Below, piece after piece: positions 24,712 to 37,721 of a DNA stretch of 64,000 bases. The DNA is from Vitrella brassicaformis CCMP3155 (Eukaryota > Protista > Chromerida): the NCBI GenBank assembly GCA_001179505.1, contig CDMY01000218.1:1-64000 (forward strand). Direction: 5' to 3'. The position numbers and the translations under genes are program-made. The notes under the pieces were generated by a model. The model did not search any database. It had not been told where the DNA came from and worked only from the letters and a program-made list of their open reading frames with translations. Within the stretch, counting starts at the first letter, position 1; each line of letters opens with the position of its first letter.

Positions 24712-27311
24712 ATGGCATCGCACCAAGAGGATTTGTTTGCCCAAAAGCGGCGACTCTCCGTGGTAAGGCTGTTCTCATGACCTCCCGACTTTCCCTCTCA
24801 CTTCACACACTCTCGCTGGCTTGTGCGTGTGGTTTTGCGTGCGGCTGCTCGTGTCAGAGTCAGCTGAAAGAGCAGCTTAGAGAGAGGGGCCTCCCCGTGT
24901 CCGGCAGCAAGAACGTGTTGGTAGAACGCCTCGTCAGCAGCATCACGTGAGCTATCGAGGCAACCACCTCACCTCATGTGGGCTGCCATGCCAATCTCTC
25001 TCTGTGTGCGTGTGTGTGTGTGTGTGTGTGTTTGTGATTGCTCGCAGCCATGAGCCGCCGGATCAGGGCGAAGTACCAGCGGCCGCGTCACTTCACCCTC
25101 ACCCACCCATGAATCTACAGCAGCCACCGCGACCGTTCCCTCGCCATTTGCGGCCACCATTCGTCCAGCGACCGCCCCCCCTCCCAGCCGTGGCTGCCCG
25201 TCCGCCCCGTGGCGGCCGTGCCCGTCGTGATCCTTCTGACCGCGAGGAGAACTCGGACACGACTGAGCGGCTCAATGGCGAAGGTGAGGGTGAGGGCGAG
25301 AATGGTGACGAGATGGAGCCATACGACGACGACGAGGATGAGATGCCGATGGACTATGATGATGAGCACTATGACGATGAGGACGAGATGGACGAGATGG
25401 ACGAGCTGGAGGATTACGGCTTCTTGCCTATTCAGCCGCCAGCTGCCGCTGCGGCAGCGGCTGGCGGTGGCGGTGGCGGGGCTCACCCTTCACACCCCTT
25501 CCACCCGCGCTCGCCCCCCTTCCCTCCCCCCCGTCCACCACACCCACACGACGACTCACCAATGGCGAGGCGGCGGGCGAGCAAGATGCGGCGGTCGGCG
25601 CATCAGCAGCCACCGGGCGATGGGCGGTCAGGAAGGGCCAGGAGGGGCGGCGGACCGGGTGCCTTCCTGGGGCGTGGCGGACACTTTGGTGGTGGCTTCG
25701 GTGGGATGATGCTGCCGCATATGGAGATGCTTCAGCAGGCGGCACTCATGCAGGAGTGAGTGGGCGAGCAGACCCGACCGGAGCAGAGCGACCATCTAGT
25801 CTATCCCCCCTTGTGTTTTGGTTTGCCTGGATGGTATGGTATCAGGTTTGCGCCCTTTGCTCGGCTGGCTCCTCCTATGCTGCCTCCCGGCGCGCCCTGT
25901 CCGCTGTGCAAGGATCAGGGCACCTTCCAGTGGACACTCAACGCACACATAGCCAACAACTTGTAAGTGACCACACTCACTCACAGACACACGCCACACA
26001 GCTGCACACAGACCAGCCGTCATGTTTTTGCAGGCAGCAGCTGTACCAGATAACCATCCCCAGTCAGACGATTCGCTGCAACTGGTGCGACAAGAAGAAG
26101 AAGCGCCAGCAGCAGGGGGCCGCCGGGGGAAATCCCAATGCCGCTGCTGCTGCTGCGGCTAGTAGTGCGGCCGCTGCTGCTGCTGGTGCCGGTGGTGGTG
26201 GTGACAGTGGTGGTGGTGAGAGTGCAAGTGCTGGCCAATGGTTTGGGTTTGGCGTGTTGGGTGCGGTGAGCGGCCACACGGGGCGTGAGGACGACCCTAT
26301 CGATCTCGATAGCGATGAGGACGAGGGCAGGAAGGGCGACGCGGACCCCAACAAGTGAGAGCATGGTGTGGATGTGTCGATTCATGTGTGTGTGTGTGTG
26401 TTGTGTACGTGTCTGCGTCTGCGTCTGTGTCTATGTGTGTGTCTGTGATAGGGTGAAGAAGGAGGATGGTGCTGACGTCCTCAAGACAGAGGACGGGGTG
26501 CCCCCTGGGGTCACCGTCTATGCAGTGCCGGGCGAGGAACGAGGCAAGCGATCCCCCCGAGCCCCCGCCCCTCCAGAAAGAGACAGCACCCCTGCTGTCT
26601 GTGTCTGCAGTGAATCTGCTGTGTCTGTCGTCCTTGCTGCAATTGGGTTACAACTACAAGGACTCGGTCGAGTCGCTGCTGCAGTTCCCCCTCCCACAGC
26701 ACTTCCACCTCGCCAAGCAGATGGCACAAGCCAAGTCAACCGACGTGTACGAGGCGCTCGGCATACGGGAGGCGCAGCGGCAGTCCGAGGAGGCCAAGAA
26801 GGAGGTGCGCTGCGATGCGCTGCGCTGTCAGAGATGCTGATGTCACAAAAGTGTGTGTGTGTGTGAGTAGGACGAGAAGCAGCGCAAGGTCAAGCAGATG
26901 ACACTCATACAAGACCCACACAAATGGCGAGAGGGTGAGGGAGAGAAAGTGCGGGTGGAACTTTGTGTGTTCGTGTCTGTATGTCTTTCTGTCTGGCTAT
27001 GTGTGATGGGATTGGTCAGCGTACGACGGGTGTGACCCCTGTCTGACGAGCAAGGTGTTGAGCTGCAGCGCCATAGTCCACTGGCTCACACACGACGCAG
27101 AGAGGCGCAAAACGGTCAGCCACACAAACCTGCTGGGCTGTGCTGTGTTGCCCTGCCGTCATATGTGTGTGTGTGTGTTTGCTCTGTCGCCAATCTATCA
27201 GCTGCACAGCCTGCTGGAGATGAAGGGCCAGGCCGTCAAGTGGTACAAGAAAGAAGCGCTCTCATACTTCCAGGTCACGAGGTCATCCACACACACACGA
27301 TGGGCACATCG

Positions 27312-27343
<32 letters not shown>

Positions 27344-27969
27344 CTGCGTCTGTGTGTGTGTGTGCAGTTGTTTGAGGAGGACTTGGACGAGTTCATCGGC
27401 ACACTGTCCAGCGCCGATGACGCCACCGTCTCGCAATACGTCAACGACAAACTCCAGGCACGCTCTCCCCCCACCTGACACACACACTCACGAGAAGCAT
27501 ATGCACCGCCCCAAACCATGTGTGTGTGTGTGTGTGTGTGCAGGTGCTGACATCTGCTCTGTATGACCTCCCCGAGTTCTCGAGCAGTATCCCGGCCATC
27601 TTCAGAGACGCTCACCAGACCCTCAGACAGCGACGGAAGCAGCAGAGGGAGCAGCAGCGGCTCGCACAGGCGGCCCCCCCAGGGCCTCCGCCCCCCATGC
27701 CTGCAGCAGCATCTGCTGCTGCTGCCTCTGCATCGGCCGCCGCACCACCCAGGGAGGACACTGACAGTGTTTGTGTGGACCTGACGGGCGACTCGGACGA
27801 GGAGTGGCCTGCTGCTACTGGTGGTGCAGGTGCTGGAGGTGAGAGTGGGTATGAGAGCCAGGAGGACGGGATGGGCGAGGGCGAGGGCGACGATGTGGTG
27901 TTGGACCACATTGAGAGCCGCCAGTCGAGACGCAGGCACGCCGACGTCATCGATCTTGACGATGACTGA
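24712..27969 (+). CDS. SAP-domain protein with CxxC...CxxC zinc-binding pair and multiple SUMO-interacting motifs
   Basis: Exon 2 reads SQLKEQLRERGLPVSGSKNVLVERL (SAP). CPLCKD...CNWCDK spans two exons. SIM-like PIDLDSDED, VCVDLTGDSDEE and C-terminal DVIDLDDD; SUMO-site-like VKKE and LKTE. Confidence 0.7.
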
Positions 27970-28505
27970 CAGACAGACAGACAGAGGGGGGCCAACGGGC
28001 AAGCTGTTTGGTCGGTTTGGGTGTCCATTTGATTGGATTGCACGGAGGCGATGCAAGCAGAGATTGAGCAGCAGAGGCTTCTGTGCATGGTGTGTGTGGT
28101 TTGGCGAGCTAGCAAGCAAGAAGAATCAGCCGTTTTTGCCATAATGGCGCCACGCCATGGCACCCTCTGTCTTCAACAATTCCTCGACTGAGTCCAACCC
28201 ACACGTAATCGATGGTGGATGGGGTGAATGTACGATAGATCCACGAGCAGTCGCAGTGGGGTGCGGGGCACAGCAGCGAGGAGAGGCCAGGCGGACACAG
28301 CCACCACAAATAAATAGCACTCACACAAACGAAGAACAGGCACACGCATACGACGAGTCCACAGGCATCAGACGGCACAAAAAAGATGTGTGTCATCGCA
28401 GTGCCTACTATTATTCTACATGCAGCTGTGCTACAGGCAAGCAGGCAGACTGAGATCTCGCTTGGCTGGCTCCCAAAGTGACCCCCGTAGAAAGCCCCAA
28501 GTTCG

Positions 28506-28618
28506 TCAAGCGCCGTGATGCTGATGCTCTGACGAGAGAGCCGCGAGATTGAGATATCGCGACCGTCTCGGCTTGGCAGGCGTCTTGGGGGGCGACGGCA
28601 GCACGCCACCTGCACGAA

Positions 28619-28650
<32 letters not shown>

Positions 28651-30410
28651 GATGATCACATACAGATGCCTGCACACGATTCCATTCCGCTGTTTGCACC
28701 TGGCTGCACTCGTGTCTGTGTGGCCGTGAGGCGTTTCCATGGCGACCGGCACAGTGGGCAGCGGAAGCCCTGACGCTCCACTCGCTGACACGCACTGATG
28801 CACTCGCTGTGGTAGTTCCCGCCACACGTCTGAGCGAGCCAATGCAGCCGCACAGAGACAGAACGATGTCATTCAATCGCATGTGTGTGTGTGTGTGTAT
28901 GTGTGTGTGCGTGTCCCTCTCACTTGGCAGTAGGCGAGCAGGTTCCGCGCCTCCTCGTTGGCCTGGAAATCCTCGTAACACACAGGGCAACGCTCACCTG
29001 ACGACAGATATGGAGGCCCCACACACACCATCTGGTGGTCACTCTTGTCTCTCTGGCTGGTACACGCCTACGCCTACCAATGATCTCTTTGCGATGGATG
29101 ACGTGTTCAGGTTGAGCGCCCTCCATCGGCAGCCCTGCACACCAGGTGGCCAAGGAGGAATAGCCCAGTCGATGAATGCTCTAATCAATCCTGCAGCCTT
29201 GGCTGGCTGACGGAGGCACCTACCGGTGGCTTCGCTGTACCCTTTTCGGACTTCCAGGTCGGCCAGCACGTGTGTGGGTGCTATCTGGGCGACCTGCCCC
29301 ACCCGCTCCATGATGCCGCTGAGCTCACTCGACAACTGACACACACACACAGACAAGGAGAGAGACAGGGAGAGGAGGAGCCATCCATCCATCCATCCGG
29401 GCTCATTCCCTCCCTCCCTCCCTTCGTGTGTTCCTCACCAGTGCATTCTGCCACACGCGGCTGTCATTGCGGTCGAGCCGCAGCACCCTGACCACAAACA
29501 ACACATGAAACGCACATCCGTCCGTCCATCCATCCATCCATTTGTCCATCTGTCGCGCATTGAGTGATGCCTTTCTGCGGCGACCCACCCACCTGATGTA
29601 GACGAACAGTATGTGCTTGCATACGCCTGTGCCCCTCGCCCGCCGCATCCGGAAGTCCACGCAAGTGCACCTGGGCTCTCGAGCGAGGGTCACTGCATCC
29701 ACACACACACGCGCAGCGCACATCCGTGGCTCATGAATGTATCCCCGCGGCCTCTGGTGAGTGCGTGACATAATACCATCGTACACATTGCCTGTATGTC
29801 CTGAGGCACACACAGACCCACCACAACCAGAGCCACAACAATTGCACGATGGATCGATGGCTGCGCGACGAGTGTGAGGAATGTGTCCCCCTCCCACCCC
29901 CGGGCCACCCATGTGTAGTGTACCCAGAACAGCGAATCGCGCCTCCTCGTCTGACATCAGGGAGGCTCGGATGAGGAACAGCCGATGACGGAACGCACTA
30001 CACACAGCACACGGCGCACACACAGAAGCCAACCCAAGCTATACACATGGCACCGAAGAGAGACAGCCACACTGGGCTTGCCGTTCGATGCGATCGAGGA
30101 CAGCCTGGTTCGGCGCACTCACTCTCCGCGCCTTGCGACGCTCACGAGGGGCAGGTGAAGACGAAGAGGCTGCTGCTGCGGCAGCGCTTGTTGAACGGGA
30201 GCGACGCTGCCGACTGGCACGTGTGTGTGTACCGTCCTGGGCCTCCTCCTCCCCAGCCTCACTCCGCCGTCGCCTGGTGCCCCGCCGAGGGGTCGCTGGC
30301 TGGGGAGAAGGAGCCCTGACAGCCGTGGCGGGTCTGCGGAGGAGCCGTGCTGACCGTCTGACAAGGGATCTCCGGGCGTCTCGTTGTTCCAGAGCATCCA
30401 GGCTGCTCAT
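28506..30410 (-). CDS. SWIM zinc finger + RING finger protein (putative E3 ubiquitin ligase, ZSWIM2/MEKK1-N-terminal-like architecture)
   Basis: FAVLGT-TGNVYD-VTLAREPRCTCVDF...CKHILFVYIR (SWIM). ERCPVCYEDF...YCQTCGGNYHSECI...FRCPLCRSPW (RING). The last exon ends RYLNLAALSSEHQHHGA*. Confidence 0.85.
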
Positions 30411-30526
30411 TCTGCTTTTTCCGTGGATGAATGAATCTCCTTCTCCGTCTGCAGCTTGGCTTCAGCAAACTTCACGGAAGTGAGAGCGCTTTAACACATT
30501 TCAACCACTCATGTGTTGCAGTTCGG

Positions 30527-30615
30527 ACAATCGGCTGATCTGCACAGCACCGAATGTATAAAAGCACATGCACGAGACAAAATATGCATTCTACACCACA
30601 ATCGGCTGATCTGCA
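30527..30615. promoter_or_regulatory. 18-bp exact direct repeat upstream of the SWIM-RING gene
   Basis: ACAATCGGCTGATCTGCA at 30527-30544 and 30598-30615. The repeat is observed; a regulatory role is only inferred from position. Confidence 0.35.
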
Positions 30616-30972
30616 ATGGGCAGCCTCACACTCAGCACAGCAAAAAGCGCTGTGCATCATGAGGTGACATCCACTTCTGTGTCATTCCGCGAGCACGTAA
30701 CACACACGATGAGTGCAGGCATTCCCTCTCACTCCGTCAGTACAGAGCTTGAGGTGCTGCTCCCCGACCAGCCTGAGAAGCCACCCTCAAGCCTGACATT
30801 CCAACCGCCCTGGCCACTCTGAACGCACGGCCCACAGTACAACACCGAAGGCCGGCCACAGGAGCTAGAGGACGTCTCGCTGAACACCGCAGCATGCATG
30901 ATAGCCAGCCACAAAAAGCGCACACAGAGGATGGACAACCAGGTACGAGCAACACACGCACTTCGCTATCTG

Positions 30973-31975
30973 TCATTCCGCGAGGACAGAGCATGACGTT
31001 GTGCCCCCCGACCAGACAGGCGCGACAGGCGCAACAGTGACCGAGAACGATCCTTGACCGGCCTGGCGGCACGACCCACAGTGCCATGCCGAAGGCCCCG
31101 CTCCACAGTGTGGGCATTTCACGCTCGTCACGCCCTTTTCCACCATCTCGTCCTTCACGGACCCCCCCAAAGCGCGACACCGGCCGCAGCAGCTGCTGAA
31201 TATCGATGCGATGGTACAGCCCCGCTGGCTGCTGCAGATGAGCCTCTTCTTCTCACATCCCAGGAGGATGCCGAGGGATTTCACGTCTGCGTTGAGCGCC
31301 TTGATATGCTCCTCCACTGCTTTCTTCTGGGCGTCCGCCGTCTGGTTGATGGTCGTCTTCTCGAGCTCGCCCAGTTCGCAGTGGATCATGTCGATGTTCT
31401 CCTTGAACTTGCCCAACACCTGCAGGCACACCGTAGGCAAGGGCAAATGGATGCATGCGACTTTGGTCCACTCGTTGGCGACACGTGCTGACCTCCAGGG
31501 AGTCGCCGCACCCGCCATAGTGGCCCCAGTTCTCGCATGCGGACATCATCGCCGTGTTGAGCCTTTTCAGGTCGGCGGAGGTCTTGCACTGATACCAGAT
31601 GTTGTCCTTGAAGGGATCGGCTGTGATGACGTTCAGCTTGGCCTCGACCACGTGACCGTCGATGAATGCCCCCACGGGCGTGGTGACGTTGCTCCACGTG
31701 ACGACGAACGTGCCATTGTTGAAGCTTGTATTGGCCCTCTGCCCCACAACGACGTTCGTGTTTGCTGCCCTCTTCTGGTCAATGCGCGTGATGATCTCAC
31801 TGTTGACCTGCACAAGAGCAACCACAGCAAGAGGGGATGGCAGGGACATGCATGGCGGACTCCATCCGTTCTCTCTCACCTTCTGGCGGTCTCGTATTGT
31901 CGTCAACAGGCTGTTGGCTTGCTCCTGCCTCACAGCGAGACAGTTGCACATATTGCCTGAGGCGCGGTCAGCCAT
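30973..31975 (-). CDS. Hypothetical protein, 3 exons, ~285 aa, coiled coil + Cys-rich C-terminus
   Basis: Exons 31975-31880, 31807-31493 and 31419-30973 are all phase 0 with GT-AG. C-terminus SCCGRC...VKCPHC...WHCGSC. Confidence 0.6.
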
Positions 31976-32186
31976 TCTGGACGAAGATCTGCCTCTGAAA
32001 TTCCGTGCAACTTCACGCCCTAACACCTTTGCGAGCTTCGTTCCTTTTGTGTTGGGGAGGTTTGAGCGCTCGGCCGGGCATAGCGCGTATCGTAAGGTTG
32101 CTAGGCGGCGTTTCGGCGGCGGTTCATCATGCCTCACTACCGTAAGCCGCCACGTCAGCAACAGCGCATTTCATTGAGAAGAGCCC

Positions 32187-32993
32187 ATGACATGGCACTG
32201 TGTCGTTGCTCTATGATGTGTGGTGTGCAGCGGACGAGATAGAGTACAGCGAGAAGTATGACGACGGCCTGTATGAGTATCGCCACGTCATCCTGCCCAG
32301 GAAGGTCGTCAGACCACTCAGTTCACTCCACAAACAGCCGGATGATGGCGTTGTATGCATGCAATCTGCTTTGGGTGCCTGGCCTCTGTGGTGGGGTGTT
32401 CAGATCTATAAGAAGGCTGTGGACGCGCGCAACCGAACAGGGAGCCAACTGCTGAGCGGTATGTGTGATGATGGATGGATGGATGGATGGCATGCTCAGT
32501 TGTTTCTGCTCTGCCCTGCTTTCCCTGTTGTGGCTGTGTTGGTTTCCCCAGAGGCCGCTTGGCGAAGCCTGGGCGTTCAGCAGTCCAGTGAGCATACCAG
32601 CCGAGAACCATCCACGACACATCCATCCGACCATTACGCTTCCTTCCCTGTGTCTGTGGCTGTGGCTGTGGCATCGCTCACAGTGGGCTGGGAGAACTAC
32701 GAAGTGTCGGTGGCCCCAACTCAACTCACATATATCCCACACACACGTCACACACCTCTCTCACTCACATGGCCTTCTCTTTGTCTGCCTTTCGTCTGTG
32801 CATCAGGTTCGAGCCGGAGCCGCACATTCTGTTGTTCCGCCGCCCTCTGCGGCGCGACAACATTGCCGCCCAGCAGCAACTGCAGCACATGCAGCAGATG
32901 CAGCAGCAGATGCAGCAGATGCAGCAAATGCAGCAGGTGCAGTACGCCGCCGCCCACGGCGCTGGTGTTGTGGGCGGTCGGCAGATGAACTAA
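32187..32993 (+). CDS. CKS1: Cyclin-dependent kinase regulatory subunit with Q/M-rich tail
   Basis: DEIEYSEKYDDGLYEYRHVILP...LLSEAAWRSLGVQQSMGWENY...EPEPHILLFRRP. The start may be the ATG at 32187 or 32192. Confidence 0.95.
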
Positions 32994-33004
32994 CTCATGG
33001 GAGG

Positions 33005-33304
33005 NNNNNNNNNNNNNNNNNNNNNNNNNNNNNNNNNNNNNNNNNNNNNNNNNNNNNNNNNNNNNNNNNNNNNNNNNNNNNNNNNNNNNNNNNNNNNNNN
33101 NNNNNNNNNNNNNNNNNNNNNNNNNNNNNNNNNNNNNNNNNNNNNNNNNNNNNNNNNNNNNNNNNNNNNNNNNNNNNNNNNNNNNNNNNNNNNNNNNNNN
33201 NNNNNNNNNNNNNNNNNNNNNNNNNNNNNNNNNNNNNNNNNNNNNNNNNNNNNNNNNNNNNNNNNNNNNNNNNNNNNNNNNNNNNNNNNNNNNNNNNNNN
33301 NNNN
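33005..33304. other. Assembly gap
   Basis: Run of N. Confidence 1.
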
Positions 33305-33909
33305 GGGGGAAGGAGATTAAGTTGCTGTGATTGTGATGTCTGCGAGGTTTGACCCGCGGGCGTACAGCCACACGCACATACAGACAGAGAGATGTAGAGA
33401 GACCCCTGTTGCCTACCCCGCCCTCCCCGTTTCCCCCCTCCATGTGTGTGTATCTTTCGTTTTTGCCATGGATGTGTATGGTGTGGGTGAGGCTCGCCGA
33501 CCGTGGCTGGCTGTCTGGCCGCTTCAGGGAGGGCATGATGGAGTGTATGCAGATCGACGTGTGAATGAATGGATGGATGAATGCTCGTCTAAGTGGGCGT
33601 GCCCGGTATTCTTTCCTTTTTCCGCGTGTGTGCACCGGTGTCGAGTGGGTTTAGGCTGCCTCCCTCCCTCCCCGCCCCTCCTACTTACTCACTGCCCGGC
33701 TGACTGACTGACCCACACACAATGCAATGCACACCCATCCATCCATCCATGACACTGACGGTGGTGTATAGGCAGGATTGGATGGCTCCATGACTTGATG
33801 GCTCCATGGCTGCGTGACGTACGTACTGTCTGCCTGTCCGTCTGGGATGCGTGCGTGGCATGCATGTGTTGATAACCGTGTCCGTCTGAGGGGGGGGGGG
33901 GGGGGGGGG

Positions 33910-34209
33910 NNNNNNNNNNNNNNNNNNNNNNNNNNNNNNNNNNNNNNNNNNNNNNNNNNNNNNNNNNNNNNNNNNNNNNNNNNNNNNNNNNNNNNNNNNN
34001 NNNNNNNNNNNNNNNNNNNNNNNNNNNNNNNNNNNNNNNNNNNNNNNNNNNNNNNNNNNNNNNNNNNNNNNNNNNNNNNNNNNNNNNNNNNNNNNNNNNN
34101 NNNNNNNNNNNNNNNNNNNNNNNNNNNNNNNNNNNNNNNNNNNNNNNNNNNNNNNNNNNNNNNNNNNNNNNNNNNNNNNNNNNNNNNNNNNNNNNNNNNN
34201 NNNNNNNNN
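33910..34209. other. Assembly gap flanked by poly-G
   Basis: Run of N. Confidence 1.
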
Positions 34210-34315
34210 GGGGGGGGGGGGGGGGGGGGCGATGGACTGCCTGACTGATCGGTGGCTGGTGTTTGCCTGGTGAGGAGAAAAAAGCTGAAACACGATGTGT
34301 ATGGCAATGATATAA

Positions 34316-37090
34316 AGGCATGCACCGCACCGCACCCGCTATCCAATGAGTCAGTCTTTCGCTCGTGTGAATGGATCCCACACTTACACGTAAGGACACT
34401 GACATAAAAAAGCGCAAGTCGGGCTAGGCTCGGTACACAGCACGATAGACAGCATGGACTGAGCCAAAGAAGAGAGGCAGCCAGGTAGACGCACCAGGTG
34501 GGGTGCCGCATCGCCCTCCCCTCCTGGTGTGTTGCATCCCCTGAGCTGCTGCCGCCCCAACGGCTGCACCCCAGCTACCTCCAATGCCACCCCACCGCTG
34601 CACACGCCCGCCCGCCCCCCAACACTGACTCCTCCACGTGCAGTGGCCGTTGCCGCCCCACTGCACGCCAGCTACTTCCGATGTCTTCGTGTGTGCCGCC
34701 GCCCAAGTCCACCTCAGTCACTCGACGCCACCCCGACAGCTGCAGTCATGAAACAAGAGACAGTCTCACTGTTGTGTTGACTCATCGTGTGTGTGTACCT
34801 GTCTTGATGAGCTCGTTGACCTTTGGGAGGAGTGTGATGGCGTCGCCCATCTTGTTGTGGGCGATGTCAACTGCCCGCGGGAAGACAGCAGGGCCACTGC
34901 CGATCTGCTGGGGCGCCTCGGTGGTGTAGAGGATGATGCTTGCCACCCCATTACCCCAGTTGGCCATCCAGATGTAGGCCACGAACTCGTCGCCCTCCCT
35001 GTCGCCACAGAGCATGACGAGTCGGTGTGAGCGGCCGTAGCTGTGGTTGTAGTCGATGGTGCGGCAGCCGTCCCACAGGGGCGGCTGCTGGTCGATCAGG
35101 TCACCGATGCGATCACACTCAGCAGAGCGGCGACGGTAGGACCGACTCGACACCAATTGCGACGACAGCGATGCCAACCTGAAAGAGCAGGGAGGAAAAG
35201 GCATAGCAGTCGACACATTGGTGTGTTGTGCCCTCTCGTTTCACTCGCTGCACACCTCTTGATGGCCAACTCACGGAAGCTGCCATGCTCGAAAATATCG
35301 TCTGCAGGCACACACACACAGCGGCAGACGCCATCCATGCCAGGTCGCCTCCCCTGTGGTGCTTTCCCCTCTCTCTCTCTCACGTTCACACGGGGGATCG
35401 GCCGCATCGAATCGATCTCGATACCTGACCGGCACCGTCTGCTCGGTGTGCACCACCACCTCACTCCCGCCAAGCTCGTCCCTCCCATTGGCTGTGCGCC
35501 TCAGCCGCATCCCCTCGCCCCGTCGGTGGCTGAAGAGGGCATATTGCCTCATGCTGGGCGGCCGGCTGTCGATGACGGCCTTGCTGCCCACCTGGTGCAG
35601 GTCGACGCCCGTCAGCTCGATGGGCAGCTGCTGCACTCGTCCGCAGCTCTTGGACATCCGCAGCAGCGGCACGTTGCCCCGCCAGTCGCCCCCCGTCACC
35701 ATCACATAGTGGAGGCGGATCAGCCGCATTCGGCGCACTAGACGACTGCCATGGCTCGACTGGCGCAGCGGGGTGTAGCCGATGACGCCAGTGAGTCCGT
35801 GGCGCTGGATGATGCTGTCGATGTCGGCGATCAGGGCGGCCTCGACGGCGCTGCCGACCGCTTCTGATGTGCGGCAGAGGGCGATCGTGTTGTGTGGGGT
35901 GAGGGTGGCGGGATCGTCACGGTGGCCGCTGATGAAGGGCAGCAGGCTGCCGCGGAGGACATCGGTGGGCAGGTCGGGCAGCCCGGGCGGGTCGGCCGCA
36001 CCAGACGACGGCTCTGCGGGCGGCGCGTCAACACGGCGGCGCTTCGAATTCACCTCAACCTGCACACACACATCACACCACCCACACATTGGCCGTCATG
36101 GCAATGACGAGCAAGAGCGCAGCAGCCGTACCTTCAATTTTGTCTTGGTGGTCTTGGTGGTCTTCTCGTTGGCGGCGCGACGGATGAGCTTGAAGGTCTT
36201 GGAATGGCCTTCCATCTAAAACACACAAACACAGGCAGGAGAACCCACGGCTTTCATCAGTCGACAGACGATGGCTGCGTGGACATATCTGTGTAAACGC
36301 ACCAGTGCTACGTCGTTCAGTCGGCCGACTGCTCTACAGAACTCTGAAGTGGCGCTCTCGAGCATCGCTGTGCGACTCTCAGCAACAGAACCCTGCACAC
36401 AGACGACAGACCAGATCAACCGAAAGGAATCAATCACTCATTCACCCGTTCATTGTGCAACGGACGTGTTGACTCACTGACCTTCGCAGCGAGATATTTG
36501 ATCGTGCCACTGGCCTGCGCACACCACACACACCATACAGGATACACACGACGCACATGACACACATGTCGCACGACAGCCCACCATCTCCCTCCCTGCC
36601 ACACAGGTGGTCTCCTCTGCCAGTGCAGCACCTGAGCCACCTACCTGATCGCGGGCATGCTTCAGCTGCTTCACCACCCCACGCAGGCTCTGCAAAGACA
36701 GGCATACACACGACACAAGAAGGTCATGGGCAGCTGACGAACAGAAGACGGTCTTTGCATGTCTGTGTGTCTGTAATGGCTCACCGACTGGTCATCGTTT
36801 GTGTGCCGCTATGATTGACGAACCCAAACAGATTGCTACGTCCACCACCGCCTGGCCAACACACAAACCACCCCACACATGAGAATTCCTTTCCGCCCTC
36901 GCCCAGTCAGTTCTGTCAGCCCACCTGCGGCAGCTGATGCCGAGGGTGATGGGCCGCTCATCGCGCCCGCTGCCGGCTATGCTCACGGGCACCTCCAACC
37001 TATGCCTGAAGACCATGTGAGTGTGGTGTTTGCGATGAGTGTCATGGTTCGTGCTGTGCTTACCGGTGAAAAGGCAGCGACTATACACTC
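34316..37090 (-). repeat. Left arm of ~2.8-kb inverted duplication
   Basis: The reverse complement aligns by eye with 41882-44648 across the 5' UTR intron, coding exons and ~450 bp of 3' non-coding flank (e.g. gcgaaagactgactcattggatagcgggtgcggtgc). Confidence 0.85.
34782..36961 (-). CDS. Multicopy family hypothetical protein, copy B
   Basis: VEVNSKRRRVDAPP...LPDLPTDVLRGSLLPFISGHRDDPATLTPHNTIALCRTSEAV...SKAVIDSRPPSMRQYALFSH...FDAADPP...DQQPPLWDGCRTIDY...TTEAPQQIGSGPAVFP. Confidence 0.75.
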
Positions 37091-37422
37091 AACAGAGGAG
37101 CCATCGCCCTTTCTTTCTCCTTCGCCTTTGAAGCTCGCATGATCGAAGAGGATGGCGGCGAGCTTTGGCGGAGCTCGCGGCGAGTGAACGGCAGCATGCG
37201 AATCGGCATTGTGTCTTCCTCCCCACCCTTGAATTTCACTTCAAAAACAAGACGCCCCCATGGCAGCCCCCGGGCCCCATCATGACAGCGCGCAGTCTCC
37301 CTCTGCAAGCTCCATCTGACTTCAGTGCCTGGCGTCCTACGCAAATGCACTCATCTTCCTATGCATCATCGTCTGCCTCGAATACCTACACGTCTGCCCT
37401 TTAAGGCCCCCCCCCCCCCCCC

Positions 37423-37721
37423 NNNNNNNNNNNNNNNNNNNNNNNNNNNNNNNNNNNNNNNNNNNNNNNNNNNNNNNNNNNNNNNNNNNNNNNNNNNNNN
37501 NNNNNNNNNNNNNNNNNNNNNNNNNNNNNNNNNNNNNNNNNNNNNNNNNNNNNNNNNNNNNNNNNNNNNNNNNNNNNNNNNNNNNNNNNNNNNNNNNNNN
37601 NNNNNNNNNNNNNNNNNNNNNNNNNNNNNNNNNNNNNNNNNNNNNNNNNNNNNNNNNNNNNNNNNNNNNNNNNNNNNNNNNNNNNNNNNNNNNNNNNNNN
37701 NNNNNNNNNNNNNNNNNNNNN
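37423..37721. other. Assembly gap flanked by poly-C
   Basis: Run of N. Confidence 1.
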
